This document shows positions 38,570 to 51,899 of a DNA stretch of 64,000 bases, piece by piece. The notes under the pieces were generated by a model, which searched no databases, was not told the origin of the DNA, and saw nothing but the letters and a program-made list of their open reading frames with translations. Source of the stretch: Camelus ferus (Eukaryota). The position numbers and the translations under genes are program-made. The stretch spans positions 27,778,001-27,842,000 of the forward strand of contig NC_045697.1 of the NCBI RefSeq assembly GCF_009834535.1, given 5' to 3'. Position 1 is the stretch's first letter. The number at the start of each line of letters is the position of its first letter.

Positions 38570-38795
38570 TTAAGAGCCTGGGTTCTGGGGTTCAGATCCC
38601 AGCTCTCCCACTCACTCCCCATGCAACTGTGGGCAAGTAGCATCACCTTGCTCTGCCTCAATTTTCTCTTGATTAAAATGAGAGAAAATCTGCCCTACAA
38701 GTTTTATGTGAGAATTCAATGAGCTAACCCATGAAAAAGAGTTAGCAGATGGCTGCACATAATAAACTCTCAACAGGTGCAAGGCGCTGTTATTA
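38570..38795 (+). mobile_element. MIR
   Basis: ggttaagagcctgggttctgggg...gtgggcaagtagcatcaccttgctctgcctcaattttctc. Confidence 0.8.
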
Positions 38796-39850
38796 GTGTT
38801 CATATGCTTTTCCCCCTTGTCGGAACTAGTTCCACAGGATCCCATCACCACCACTCCCTCCTCACTTCCTGTTTGTTTCGTCATCTGGAAGACACCTCCT
38901 CCACGAAGCCTTTCTGGATTGATGCATCTGAATTCCTTTTGTGGCAGGTACATACCCTTTCTCTACAGCCCTCTGCATTTTTTTGCCTGGATGCTGACTT
39001 TACTACATCATGAGCATCTTGAAGAAGACAGATTTCCTGCCCATTGCAAGCGAGAAGAGCAGGGGAGGGAGAAGGTGGTGGTGCGGAGGGGGAAGACAGG
39101 AAGTAATGCTGATGCCTGGGCTGTAAACTCACCAAATGTTTATGGTTAACCTTAACCAAAACATATAACGTTAAAAGTCTTCCATTGATGCATAGATTCT
39201 CAGTACTACCCTCCCAAGAAACATTTTAAAATATTTAAGAATCCCCATTTACATCATACGACGTTGGCCTCCAACTCCACCCCTCAATCCAGAATCCATT
39301 TGAGAGAGGGTGCAGGTTTGCCCACACTCTTTCCTAACATTCTCTTTTTTAATGGTTTTTGTAAAAGAAATTGTTAATTGTTACGAATTCATTTAACATA
39401 TCTATTTTTCTTTATCCAAAGATTCTGTTCCATCAGCAAGTCACTCTGCCTTGGAATTGCAAACTGGGCAGGGGGAAGAACCACAGGAACCAACACCAAG
39501 AGAGCCATGAATACACAGCCCACACCTAGCCGCTGCAAGACACACAACACACACACAACACAAATTCTGGCCCCAAAGACCAAGACATTTTATTTGCCAT
39601 TATATGTGTTCTCTCCAGGAACTAAATGTCTCATGGCAAATGAGAAAGAAATAGTTTTCCCACATCGTTTCCTCCTCACCCCAACGTCTCCACCAAATTC
39701 GTACTTTCTACATGTCTATTGAAAACTGGGGCAATGGTTTATACCAACAATTCTAAGTAAATGAGGAAAACTCAACATCTGGAATTGATACTTCCTCATT
39801 TTACAAAAGAATAAACACATCTCATATCCTCTTTTGTTTGCCATGGCACC

Positions 39851-39908
39851 AAAAAAAAAAAAAAAAAAAAAGAAAGAAAGAAAGAAGAAAAGAAAGAGAG
39901 AGAGAGAG
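39851..39908. repeat. Poly-A/(GAAA)n/(GA)n purine tract
   Basis: Seen directly. Confidence 0.9.
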
Positions 39909-40674
39909 TCTAGATTTGGTTCGTTTCAGTCTGGAATGCAAATACTGGACACCAGCCTGCCCATCTCACAATGAGTGCCTTGGAGAAATGGTGAGGTGTC
40001 CGGGGTACGGGAAGAGCTGTTTTTAAAGAACCAAAACAAAACTGCAGAAACTGGAACGCCCAAATGTTTGCAGTGTCCAAACTGGCCGAGAAACTGTGGC
40101 GTGAAAGCCCTCAGCCTGAGCTCCCAGGTACCTGAGTGGCCCAGAATTACAGAGCTCTCTGGGCTGAACTCTGTGAACTGCAGGTGTGGGAACGTGCCAA
40201 GCACATAGCAAAACTCAATTGAAAAGAGCCAAGTTTATGATTATCGTCCGAACTTGAACATGAGCGGGAGGCAACAAATTCCATAGGACTTAGAAGAATT
40301 GCTGTATTTTTTCTTATGAGTCAATTTAAATACTGAGTAGGAGAAGGTAGCACCATATTTTACTTTTCACTGAGAACATTTTCAACATTTTCATGAACAT
40401 TTTCAGCCCTATGGAAACAAAATTCTCCTGCCTGTCATTTAGTCCTGCAAGCATTAAGTCAGTATCAGTCCTATCTTCATCAAAATAAAAACAGATTAGC
40501 TTTGTTTAAAGAATGTTTATAGAAACTTGTATACTTAAAGTTCAAGTATAAAGTGAAGCAGCAAGGGATAGCCTAACACTTAAACCACACAATTCTAACT
40601 TACATCACATTTCTGCCTATTTTAACCTCCAGGTTGACTTATACTGATGGAATGGATTGGGGATGATGAGAGAG

Positions 40675-40875
40675 GAAAATTTTTTAAGCCTTTACAATAT
40701 GCTAGGCACTGTGAGATGCCTTACAAACATCTCTGATCCTCACAGCAGCCCCGTGGAATAGGTATTATTATTTCTATCTTACAGATGAGGACACTGAAGC
40801 CCAGAGAAGATATGTAACTTACCCAAGACCACACAGCTAGTGAATGGCAGAGACAAAATTCAAATTCTTATTTAG
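40675..40875 (-). mobile_element. MIR
   Basis: gatcctcacagcagccc...acagatgaggacactgaagcccagagaag...ccaagaccacacagctagtgaatggcagag. Confidence 0.9.
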
Positions 40876-41576
40876 GATTTTTCCCTTGCCACATTTAGAG
40901 AGAGCTCTTGTATATCACTGGGTATTTGAGAGAATATGATGCGAACTTTGGTATTGATGAAACCTTGTTAAAGTGGTTTGGGATCAGATTTTAGAGAATA
41001 ATTTCTGGGGAGATGTTTATGTATTGTATTTTCCTATGGGTCAGAATTTGAACTTGGAATTTATACTGAAATTTGCAATACTTTAAAACTATTGTCTTCT
41101 CTAATTTAAGGATATTTTCACTTCTTGTTTTACATTTTATGACCAAGTTTTGGAATTACAAGTGAAAAAAAGAAAACCTCTTTTAGCATGTTCTCTGCAC
41201 CTCCATTTTTCTAGCTACTACTAGTAGCTCCTATAGACACAAACACGTGAGACATCTCTAAAGTGAAATTTCAGTTTAAAAAAAAAAAGCAGCTAATCAC
41301 ATCAAAGAAAGGTAGGCCCTGGAAGATACTTTCTAGAAGATAGTATTAATATATAATTATTTTAGGAGAAACTATGAATCTGTTTAACTACCACCACCAC
41401 CAAATTAAATAATCTAATCAGATCACTTAGAGAAGTAAGTGCTTTCCGTGGCCCTACCCTAAGATCATATTGCTACTTAACCTGCTTTTAAACAAACAAG
41501 AATTTTTTAAACATTTTCTATCCTTTAAGCAAATGCTCTTCGCTTGGCCAAATGACAGTGTTCAAGAAATGCCTAC

Positions 41577-41698
41577 CACAGAAGCATAAAAAACCCTTGG
41601 CAACATTCCAGAAGAAATTCACCCGGCGTAATGTGTTCCAGCAAATGCTCAATAGCTTTCTGGTGAACCTGCTGGCTCTGTGTGCACTTGAACAGGAT
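41577..41698 (-). other. Candidate spliced exon of an unidentified, probably non-coding, transcript
   Basis: Minus strand: ACTAAC branch-like motif (41741-41746), tttttcttttgttcttttcag acceptor, donors GG|GTGAAT (exon end 41623) or TG|GTAGGC (exon end 41577); no repeat recognised. Confidence 0.35.
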
Positions 41699-43827
41699 CT
41701 GAAAAGAACAAAAGAAAAACTGATAGACATTTTCCTTTTTGTTAGTCTGGTGAAGTAGCCCTCAGCTCGACTGAGCCAACTTTCCAAACTTGGAAAAATG
41801 AATGCATGTATGGCTAACTTCTAAACCCGGCCCTGGGCGCAGATGTAAACTTTTACTACATTTGATTCCCTGAAATTCAAGTATAATTATATTGTTTGTC
41901 TTGTCATCCAATAAAATGTGCATTAGCATTTGGTTCTCTTTGGAGTGTATTATTTGTTTAGATGGATGTATTCTTTCAAATGATTAGTAGTACTATCATA
42001 ATGAGAACGCTTTGGATTATACATCACCTCTCGATATAATATTAAAAAGAGGGTGACTGGAGGGATGAGCCTCTTCAAAACGTTTCAAAAGTGTGCTTGT
42101 AATTGGCTAAGGCTATTAACATCTCCAGCTATTTATCAGAATTTCACCACACACAAAAGTTAAGACTTTAAGATAAAATCCATTTCCCTTCTATAAAGTG
42201 AAATAGATGCACATTTTAATATTTTATGGCCCTTTTCAACTTTTTCTTAGGATGAACATTCCCTACTTAAAAAAATGAAATGGTTGGACATTTTGCAATC
42301 TATGAAACTGTAACAATACATTTGGTCCCAGTTCTCTTTGGACCCAGGGGGAAGCCAGGGTTGGGCTGGGCCGGCATACAGTGTGTACTGAGAGTCTGTT
42401 TGACCTTGAAAGCCCTGAATAGAAAAAGGGGGCGAATGGCTGGAAAGGTAAACTTTCCTCCATTTGATGTTCTAGAACACATGCAAACAGCTGAAACTCA
42501 ACCCATTTTGCAGGCAAGAGGCTATAGATGCAAATGCCAGGCCTGGGGGAAACTCAGACCCTGGCGAAGGACTGAGGCACTAGAACTTGCCTTCACAGGG
42601 CCCTCAGCTAACAGTCCATCAGCCTGCTTCACCCAGGGCCTTCTTCTGGTTCCCTGGGGCCACTTGCAGGACTGTAGTGGGAGGACCACTGGCTCAGGAC
42701 CTAAAATATAGGCTTTTGATGGCATCACAGAGATACCCCGACCGGATTGACGAGAAAGGACTCATCGCACAACTTTAATGGCTAAACATAAACATTTAAA
42801 ATGTGCTGTGCTGGTTGTAACATTCTTTTGGCATTTCTTCATTTATTACTGTGCTGGAAGCCTCAAAAAATGGAAGAGACCCAACTCTTGGGACCTCTGA
42901 GAGGCCCTGGCTACCAGGAAGTCATGTGGTGTGTTAGAAGAAGGCAAGATATTTACAAAACCCTCAGCTGCTTTTTGCAGAAAAAACCTGAGCCTCTAGA
43001 CTTCCCGGTCACCAGAGTCAATCACCAAATGTGAAACCAGCACAAAACAGATGAAACCAGATAGATCTTTGACCGGCATCCTCATCCTGATCTCTCCATC
43101 CTCAAAAAAGTAACCATGATTATGATTCAAAATATTACCTTCTAGATTTTAAAAGAGACACACACACACACAAAGAATCAGTGATGTTATTTTATGTGTT
43201 TTTCTTCCATATGTGGTATAACGTTTTACACACCCTAAGAATTGCTTTATTCACTCAAGAATATTTTGAGACCTATCCGTGTGGCTTCATATAGATTTAT
43301 TTCAATAATTGTGGCTGCTGATTATACTCCATCATTTGAAATCACCACTTTTATTTACCCGTTCCCTCACTGAAGCACATCAATATGTGTCTGTTGCTGA
43401 TCTGACGTCTTCCTCCAGCCCGCGTAAGCTCTCCCTTCTCTGAAGTCTGCTGCACTTTATTCTCCTTAGCTGCTCCACGTATGTGTGGTCTGTTTCCCTG
43501 ACTAGAAAGTAAACTTCTAGAGAGCAAATTCTATGTCCAGCATCTAATAGAATCATTGCATCGACGTAGTAATTTGGTGAATGACGAACTTAGGGCTTTT
43601 CACTCTCTCAGAAAGCTTACCAGCTGCTTTGGAGTTTCAGAGGCCCAACAAATTCTATCTAGTTATTTATTTCCTCCTATTTCTTAAAAGAGAAGTTCTG
43701 TATTTTCAAAACAGGTTCAAAGAAAATTCACTTCCTTTCCCAGTCTAGATTTGTGGTGATCAGCGTCTCTCTAAGGTGTTCCAAATCCTAACACTGGTGA
43801 CACAAAAAAGATCGTACCTTTTAAAGA

Positions 43828-43829
<2 letters not shown>

Positions 43830-43865
<36 letters not shown>

Positions 43866-43875
43866 AGGGGGGGGG

Positions 43876-43945
<70 letters not shown>
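43830..43945. repeat. Compound (TG)17 - G-run - (GA)n microsatellite
   Basis: Seen directly. Confidence 0.95.
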
Positions 43946-43947
<2 letters not shown>

Positions 43948-43989
43948 CACAGAGACAAATACAGAGAGAGAGGAGGAGGAAGCTGTACT

Positions 43990-44020
43990 ATCCCAGACCC
44001 GCCCTGGGGCGTGGCCCTGT
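43990..44020. promoter_or_regulatory. Back-to-back GC/GT boxes (Sp/KLF-type)
   Basis: cccgccc (43998-44004) and ggggcgtggc (44006-44015). Confidence 0.35.
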
Positions 44021-45189
44021 GGCCCTGCTGGCCTGGAGGCCAAGCCAGGCACAAAGGACTGATTCTCTCTGCAAATGAAATCTGGGTAACAAGCACTTTT
44101 CCTTTAAAAATCTTATCCTGCCACTTTTACTTCACCCTTTTAGGTTACTGTAATCAAAATCAGTTTTCATTCCTTCCCTGGAAAGTAGTCTCTAACACTT
44201 TAGGTTTCCTAAAAAATAATAAAAAACTTCATGCTCTTTCTAGGGACAATGAAGAGAGTGCAAAGTCTCCACATCCACTCATCAGAAATCCTCCAGGCCA
44301 TTCAGCCAGACACCGGGTCATGCCATAAAGAGCTGCTCTGAAACTGAAAACCTTGCCAAGGAGACTCACCCACTGCATGTTCGTTAGAGGAAAGGAGAAG
44401 GCGTGGACATGTTAAAGCTGCAGAAGCAAACAGGTATGCTGGGACCTCTCCGTGTTTGTTAGATCATTTTTTTCATTTTGTGAAGTTATTTCAATTCTTT
44501 CCTCGTCCAAGACGTTTTCAGCCACAGTTTTTGACTTTTTTGAGTCTGATCCCTCTATTCCGGCCAGGTCTCCCCACAAATGCATATATGCTCATACACA
44601 TGCAATTCTGCAAAGAAGTTCAAAGGCTTCAAAAATCCCCTGAGACCAGAGGAGCCAAGGTGAAGAAGATCTAAAGGAAGGTGAAATTGCCAAGAATCCA
44701 GATGTTGGCAGAAATAATAAAAGTGACAGGCATGATATGCATTGATAGTAGCTTCAGAATAAAACCAATCACCATTTGGGGTTTTGAGAAAGAACTGCTG
44801 ACCCTGAGTTGGTCTTTTCAGACACAAGAGTAACAATAAGTCATCAACTGACTGCCATCGTTGAATATAAAGAATGACTCTGTGTCTGGAAGGTAACATG
44901 CTGGACAAGGCGCAGGACGATACTGATCACAAGGATATTGTCTCATCAAAAGTGTCCACACCTATAGCAAGTGCTAGAAGTAACTCAATAAACAATCTTG
45001 CCCATAAGTGCTCTTCACCTCAATTTCTTATCACCGTGGCATCATTTTTTTCAGTAGCTACTCTATCCTCAAAATCTGTCTTAGTCCTACTGCAATTTCA
45101 AAGACTTCATATGCTATCTTCCTTAGATCTAATCTTTTCCAAACCTTTAACTATTTCTAAAACCATATATTCCTAAGATTACCGTCATC

Positions 45190-45620
45190 AGAGCAACTTT
45201 CACCGTTTATAGAGTGACACCATTTACAGAGCTATGCCTGTAGCACTAAAAATACACCATGGATGTGTATTAAATCCATACAACAGCTCTGCTAGGTAGA
45301 TAGTAGTATTTCCATTTTAAAGATAAGACACAAGTTTCAAAGAGAAGTCACTTACTGAAGGTTACAGAGCAAGGAACTGGCAGAACCAGGTTTATCCTTG
45401 ATTCCATTTGACGGCAAACTCTATCTCAGTCCTATTGGCTGGTGTCACCATCTCAGTTTCCCAGAAAATTCTTAAAATTTCAGAATTCTCAATTTAGATG
45501 TGTTCTCAGCTTTCTTTGGCTCATAGAATATTTGAGCAGAAAAGGATGTTAGAGGCACTCTCATGTAACCCTCACACTTTACAAATGAGGAAACTGACAC
45601 CCAGTGAGGCTGGGTTACTG
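45190..45620 (-). mobile_element. MIR and MIR3 fragments
   Basis: ttccattttaaagataag...gagaagtcacttactgaaggttacagag; tcatagaat...ttttacaaatgaggaaactgacacccag. Confidence 0.7.
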
Positions 45621-47689
45621 GTCCAACCATGATCTTCCCTTTTCTGGTTCCTGAGGGGGCAGGACCCACATCCTTTGGGAAGTAATTTCACGCTTCCCCT
45701 AGCATAGCTCTAAGTGCACCAAAAGTTGCTGTGTGGACATTTGATCACCATTCCAAAAGCTGCAGAAACTTAAGTCCAGAACGTCTGAATGACCAGAGCA
45801 AAGAAGGGCCAGACTCAGATGTCACTGACCTCAAAGGGAGTAGAACAATCCAAGGTGCGCCCCTTCCCACGCCCCCAAGGAAGCCAAGGATGCTGCCTGG
45901 TCCTCGAAGTTAGTGTAGCAATGAAAACGAGACATGTAAAATCACAGCCAAGGGGGCTCCCAAAACCAACACCTGCATCTGAAAGCCACTTCTACAGACA
46001 GCAGTGACATGCAGCCCAACTAAGCAGATAATTTCTTCAGTCTGTAGTAGCTGGAATGAGGAGGGAGAGGACAAGTCAGCGCTTGCAAGCTTGCCTTTAG
46101 GTTTGTTATCAAGAATAGCAAGTAATTGCCATATTTCAAATGTGTTTAAAAGTCCTGAATCACGTAACTGTCCAGCCTTGTGTTGTCCTTGAAAATGCAA
46201 AAATAGAAATGGAAGAAATTATCTAAGGGCAATAAAGCAGGGAAGCAGACATCAAGCAGGGGTGTGGGCTCCCACTCATTATTGCCAATGCTTATAAACA
46301 CTTACTGTATGACAGTGGCTGACAAGCCCTGTTAAGACCAGAGTAATAAATATGGTTCCAATCTCTCTCCTACAGAGATAAATAATAATGGAGCAAGAAA
46401 ATAAAGAATGTAATAGTTTAATAGGCATTCTTATTTTCTAACAAAGGAAGTTTAGGTGACCTTAATGCTTTTTATACTCATTTTGTCACTTCATTACATT
46501 GTTAGGTTACATCAAAAACACAAAAGGCTTTATTTAATAGGTTACATGTAACAAAGAGAGGACACACAGGGTGGGTCAGTGACCTGGGCTTGCCTGAATT
46601 AGCTTTAGTTGATTCACTTAACGTCTTCAAGCTTCCCTGGGCTATTTTGTGAATAAGTAGTTAAACGCAAGATGCTACGTGAATATTCAATATAAATAAA
46701 CACACACACATTCACATATGTATATGTTGAATATATTGCGACCATTTGCTACATCCAGGTACAGAGCCTGCTGATTAGTTGAATAAGTTAGTTCGCTGGG
46801 CTCTCAAAGTATAAATCCTGAGCCCTCTCAGGGCACATGCACTGTTTGCTCAATCCGTAAACACGTAATTATTGAACTTGCCTTCTAAAGTAACACCACA
46901 CCCTGGATATGATGCAAAACCCAGCATTACCAGATAAGCTCTGTCTCAAGTTTCTGCTCGTTGTAGTGCCTGAAGTATTTGCTCATAGGCTCAGGGACTG
47001 GAGCAGAAGTAAACAGTCAGGCCAGTATTATAGGGACACCTGTGTTACAAAATCGACTTTCTTCTATTGTGAAAGCAATGAATGAAGTTCAGCAGGACTC
47101 CTGTAAGAATGCCGATTCATTCCCCATCATATTGGTCAAACAGGACTTCGACCTTATCACCTGCCTCCCTAGCTCGCCCATGGCAGTCTACTTTCCTGGG
47201 GTATCAGATTCAAGCTCCAAGTCTCAGCGGCCACGCCTCACCTCCTGCCTGGCCTCTGTCTGCGCCTTCATGCAGCTCAGTTACCCAGGCCTGCTCTCCC
47301 ACCTCTGGCGGGGGCTTTGCATGATGCATTGAATCTGCCTGGACTGATGACTCTTTTTACCTTTAAAACTCTACAAAATCACTTCTTTTGTGAATCTTTC
47401 TTCTCTAATGAGACAGAACCCAGTGTCCCAGGCAAGCGGCTCGGGCACCACCTGGCACGGCGGTTAGGTATGATTTTTGATATCCTTCCCTCCCCACCAA
47501 GATATGATATAGCTGAGTGATTAATAGCTAGAACCTGGGAGCCAGATGTACCCACCACACAGGAACTGTGCCTCGGTGTCCCTTCCTGTGATACAGAGGT
47601 AGATTTCTAGATAGACAACCAAAGAGCTTAGAATAGTGCCTGATATGTGGTAAATGTTTAAAAAAAAAAAAACTACCGAAGTGCAAGCA

Positions 47690-47958
47690 TAATGGCAACT
47701 CCCATCGGCCCTGGTGTACAGGAGAGGACAGGGAGGGACAGGGCTGCCTCTGGGGTGGCCTGTCGAGGACACGCCTGAAATGGTTGCATTGCCAGCCATC
47801 CCCATGGAGGGACCTGGCCGGGCGTGACCAAGAGAAAGCAAAATCCACATTTCTGGAGTTTAAATTATTTGTTTTACATTTTAAAAAATAATGTTTGAGC
47901 CAAAGAAAGCATGTCTACAGGCAGATTTAGCCTTAAAGCCACCATTTTGTGACCTCTG
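47690..47958. mobile_element. MER102-like hAT element
   Basis: gagccaaagaaagcatgtctacaggcagatttagcc...ccattttgtgacctctg terminus. Confidence 0.65.
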
Positions 47959-48293
47959 ACATTAACGAATCTATAATTTGTATGTGTGAGTTTTCATTTT
48001 TCTGTGTTTATCCTTTATACTCCTTCCTCAATTAAATATCCTAGGGGTAACAGAAATCTGCAGAAGGTACTTGATTAAGGTCAATTGACCAAGGAAGGTT
48101 TATTGAGGAACAGACACCAATGGAACTTTTCTGAAAGAAAACAATAAGTAAATTAGTGTCACCCAAGTTTAGTGCCCTCTTTCAGTTCAGGTCAACAATC
48201 CAAGCCCTGGGGATACAAATATGAACAAGATGTAGCCCCTGATCTTAAGGGATGTACAGACAACTGTAATGTTTTCAAAATATATTCCATATT

Positions 48294-48436
48294 GGGGGGG
48301 GGCTAGGTAGAGCTCAGTGGTAGAGTGCATGCTTAGCATGCACAAGGTCCTGGGTTCAATTCCTCAGTACCTCCATAAACAAACAAACAAACAAACCTAA
48401 TTACCTCCCCACCAAAAAACAAACAAACTAAAAAAG
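48294..48436 (+). mobile_element. Vic-1-like SINE
   Basis: agctcagtggtagagtgcatgcttagcatgcacaaggtcctgggttcaattc...aaacctaattacctcccc. Confidence 0.9.
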
Positions 48437-50327
48437 TGGACACCAATTATCGATATAGCATGTGATTTTATATCCAATGTATAGAAGAGAAACTGACGTT
48501 AAGTGACCAGTCCAAGGTCACTCCACTAGTTCGTGGCATTGTAACAAAAATCCAGTTCTGCCACACTCTAATATTCGCGCATAAGACGCCTATTTCCCAG
48601 TGCCTGTGATACTGGGGAAATCAGGCTCAGGAAGAGGGTTGATATCCAGTGTGTTAGAAGGAGGCACGATAGCACCACGGAAGGCAGGCTTTGAAAAAGC
48701 ACCTGTGAATAATTAGGGAGATTTTTTTTCCTTATTAGTTATAATTTTCCATCTACCAGAAAGAATTTGAAACTACTTTCAACAAAGCATAATGCCATAT
48801 ATATTTTTTAAAGTTTAAAAGGACAAAGTAATGAAGGGAAACAGAGATTAAATTCCCATTTCAGAAAGTTGAGGGTAAGAATAGGTAGCACAAGTGGGCA
48901 TAAATCTAAGTTCTGAGCTTCCTGACAGACAAGAATGGGGAAGTGACAAAGCTCTTGTTTATCAAAAGAGGCAGACTAATTTTAATTTTAGCATATATTA
49001 TCACCATTTGTTCTCTGATTTCTGAATTACAGGAATTCAGAAAAATTTAGGAAAAATCAGTATTCTTATGGAAAACATTGATTTGAAAGCATAGCATTTT
49101 ACAAAAAACAAACAAACAAAAGGAGTGAAGAAAAGAGTGAATTAGTTATATTGTAAAGTCTGTGGGTTGATCAGAAGATTTGGAAAATTTGTAACAACAT
49201 CCTCACTCGCACACACATGACACACATGGTTTGTCCAGTTCTGTAAAGGAAAGTGGAGCTTTGGTACCCAGTTGAGGGCTGTGCAGCAGAGTATTGGAAC
49301 TGGAATTTAGAAAGGGGTGGGGGGAGGATGAGCAAAAGGTTGCCCTCTTCAGAAACAGCACACATTTCAAGTTCCTGACTGGGTGAAATATAGTCAAAAT
49401 GGCACATCAAGCACAAGATGCACAACATTGTAAAATGACTATAACTCAATAACAAAATGTTTATATAAAAAGAAAACCCGCAAGATGACATTCACCAGCT
49501 ATGAGGATATTTCCTCATTCATTCACTCTTCAACAAATAGCTAGAGTGTCCACAGAGTGGGCATGCAATCACTGTCCTGCGGGATGGAGGCAGAGCAGCC
49601 AACAAAACAGACAAAAATGCCTGCCTTCGCCCAGCTCTCTTGAGGCAAAGCCCAGTGTGTTGCACAAAATAAAGAGGGTTGTATACCTTGTTGATGAGAG
49701 AGCTGGGGTTCCCACAGTCACACTGTTGTCCAAATCAGTCATCTAAAAAGGCAACAGCCCTGTGTTACTGCAGACTGTGAAACAGATGCTTGGCTTTGGT
49801 CACACAGCTGTCTAGAGCATAGGAGCAGTTAGGAAGGGAGGTGCAAACACCGATCCTAACCACCGCGAAACAGGGCTTAAGCCTAGGTCCCACCTTTTGA
49901 AGCTCGCGGTGGACGCTGGGTGGGCCGCCCCTCCCGCTGCAGAAGTCGCCAACAAGCATCACCTCCAGTCTGGTGAACCGGGTCCTCTCCTGTTCTAAAA
50001 ATGGCTTGAAGCAGCAGCTGGAAGAAGGCGGGGCCAGGTGGGGGGCAAGGACTACAGCAGCCATAGGAGCTGTTAGATAAGGTAAAAAAGTAAAGGGGTT
50101 TTTTAAAGACCATGCATGCATTTACTCAACTAATATTTATTAAATCCTTCCTGCATATACACTGAGCTCAGTACTGGGGAAAGCGGGATGGGGAGCGGAG
50201 ACAGGGTTCCTGCCCTCATGTCGCTTACCTTCTAGAAAAAGAATCAGACATTGAACAACTAATTAATTAGTTAAAAGTAGAACAACTGCTAGGAAGAACT
50301 ACTGGAGTCTATAAGTCTGTATTTCTT

Positions 50328-50445
50328 TTTTTATTTTTATTTTTTATTGAAGTACAGTCAATTACAATGTGTCAATTTCTGGTGTTCAGCACAATGTCCC
50401 AGTCAAACATATATACACATATATTCATTTTCATATTTTTTAAAG
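50328..50445 (-). mobile_element. Short young L1 3' tail
   Basis: T-rich run plus attgaagtacagtcaattacaatgtgtcaatttctggtg; imperfect TSD tctg(a)tatttctt on both sides. Confidence 0.8.
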
Positions 50446-51149
50446 ACTCTGATATTTCTTAAAACCTCACCAAACACTGACAGCAATGTCATATGGCTCT
50501 AGATACTTCTCAGAGAGCAAGCCTGGTCAGATTGTAATACAACAAATATGTTAACTGATTGCCTCATTTCTGAATTTAAAATGCTGAATGGAAAACCAAT
50601 CACACCAAATATACCTATAAGATTTTAAAATAAACACAATTGCATTACACACAACAGCAGAAGGACACCAGACTAAAATGTTTATTTCTTAGTTTGGCCA
50701 TGGGCAAAGTCACAACCTCTCTGGGTCTTAGTTCTGAAGGGAAAGACACAAATACTGAAGTCTCCAAAATCTTTGATTTAATAAAATAATTAAACTTAAA
50801 AAAAAAACTACTGGCTCATAATTCATATATAACCTTAAAATAAGAGGGAGACATCTCAGAATAAGAATGTATCACTTAAACTGAATGCACTTAACCTGAT
50901 TCTTTTTAAAAGATGTGTACCATTGCTCATATTTTTCTCATTTTACCTTGGAGTGCGAAAACTTGCCCTCGTCTACTGACTGGATTGAAAACAACTCCTC
51001 TAGATAACTCCTAAATCCTTTCCAGTTAGAAAATGCTGTGGTTTTATGATTCTAAATTTCAATTTAGGCTCTGTGTAAAAAAGTAATTTGCAAGAAATTT
51101 AAAAATTCGGTCTCTCATATTTCTTTGAGGATCTCATCAAAGGGGTGTG

Positions 51150-51690
51150 GGCATTTTACCATCCAACAGCCATTTAGTGGGGGCCTCCTGTGACCAGACA
51201 CTGGGCTATGCAATGGGGACACAGTGACACAAAGCAAAGCTTCCGGCCTCAGGGTGTTCGCACCTAGAGGAAACAGATACTAAAATAAAGAGGCAGTGGG
51301 GCACAGCAAGTGGTATAAGATGGGAGGTATGCCGCGGGACATGGGGCTCTTAGCATCACCCTGCACTGCTGGGGAGTAGGGGTGGAGAAGCCTAGTGGGC
51401 CAGATCTTCTGGAGAAGGTGACGTTTAATCTGAGTCTTGATGGACAGGACAAATGTTAAGCAGCTGAGGATGACGTTGCAGGCAAATGAACAACCTGGGA
51501 AAGCGAACGTGTATCAGAAACCACAGAGAATCCCAGGAACCCCATGTCCTGGTGAGTTCCAGTTGAGGGCAGAGACTATGAGTTGGAGGACAGCTGAAGA
51601 CATTGTGGAGGCAGGCAAGGGGCCAAATCAAGGAGAACCTGCAGTGCTAAGTTAAGGAGTTTGGACTTGTTCCCCAGCACAATGGGATGT
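51150..51690 (-). mobile_element. L2 fragment (contains the source of the inverted copy)
   Basis: catccaacagccatttagtggggcctcctgtgaccagacactgggcta...cttctggagaaggtgacgtttaatctgagtcttga...ttaaggagtttggacttgt. Confidence 0.8.
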
Positions 51691-51899
51691 CACTGAAATA
51701 TCCCTCCCTTGAAGGCTCCGCAGCCCCAGCCACACTGGGGCTACTAACTCGTTGTAGTTTGGGCACACTTGTTAGGAATATTTGTATACATATCACAGAG
51801 ATTGATGACAAACCACTCAATTGCTTCTTTATTTATATTTTGGTTCACAGAAACATTCAAAAACCTTATACGTACAAGTTTTAACCTATTTATTTGAAA

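Noticed and set aside
40348..40360. miR-29-like start TAGCACCAT
   Set aside because: The match ends after 9 nt and there is no hairpin; I recognised no known miRNA in the window
41213..41229. 8-bp palindrome AGCTACTA-C-TAGTAGCT (similar one near 54129-54149)
   Set aside because: Short enough to occur by chance in 64 kb
43771..44328. ORFs with CV and RE repeats (up to 165 aa)
   Set aside because: Translations of (TG)n/(GA)n repeats
44555..45176. 117-aa and 100-aa ORFs near the promoter-like region
   Set aside because: No recognisable homology or consistent splice framing
48300..48375. tRNA-Ala-like gene (also at 9655-9725, 11225-11285 and 16685-16750)
   Set aside because: A/B boxes are followed by a SINE-specific body and A-rich tail, with TSDs in two copies; these are SINEs, not tRNAs
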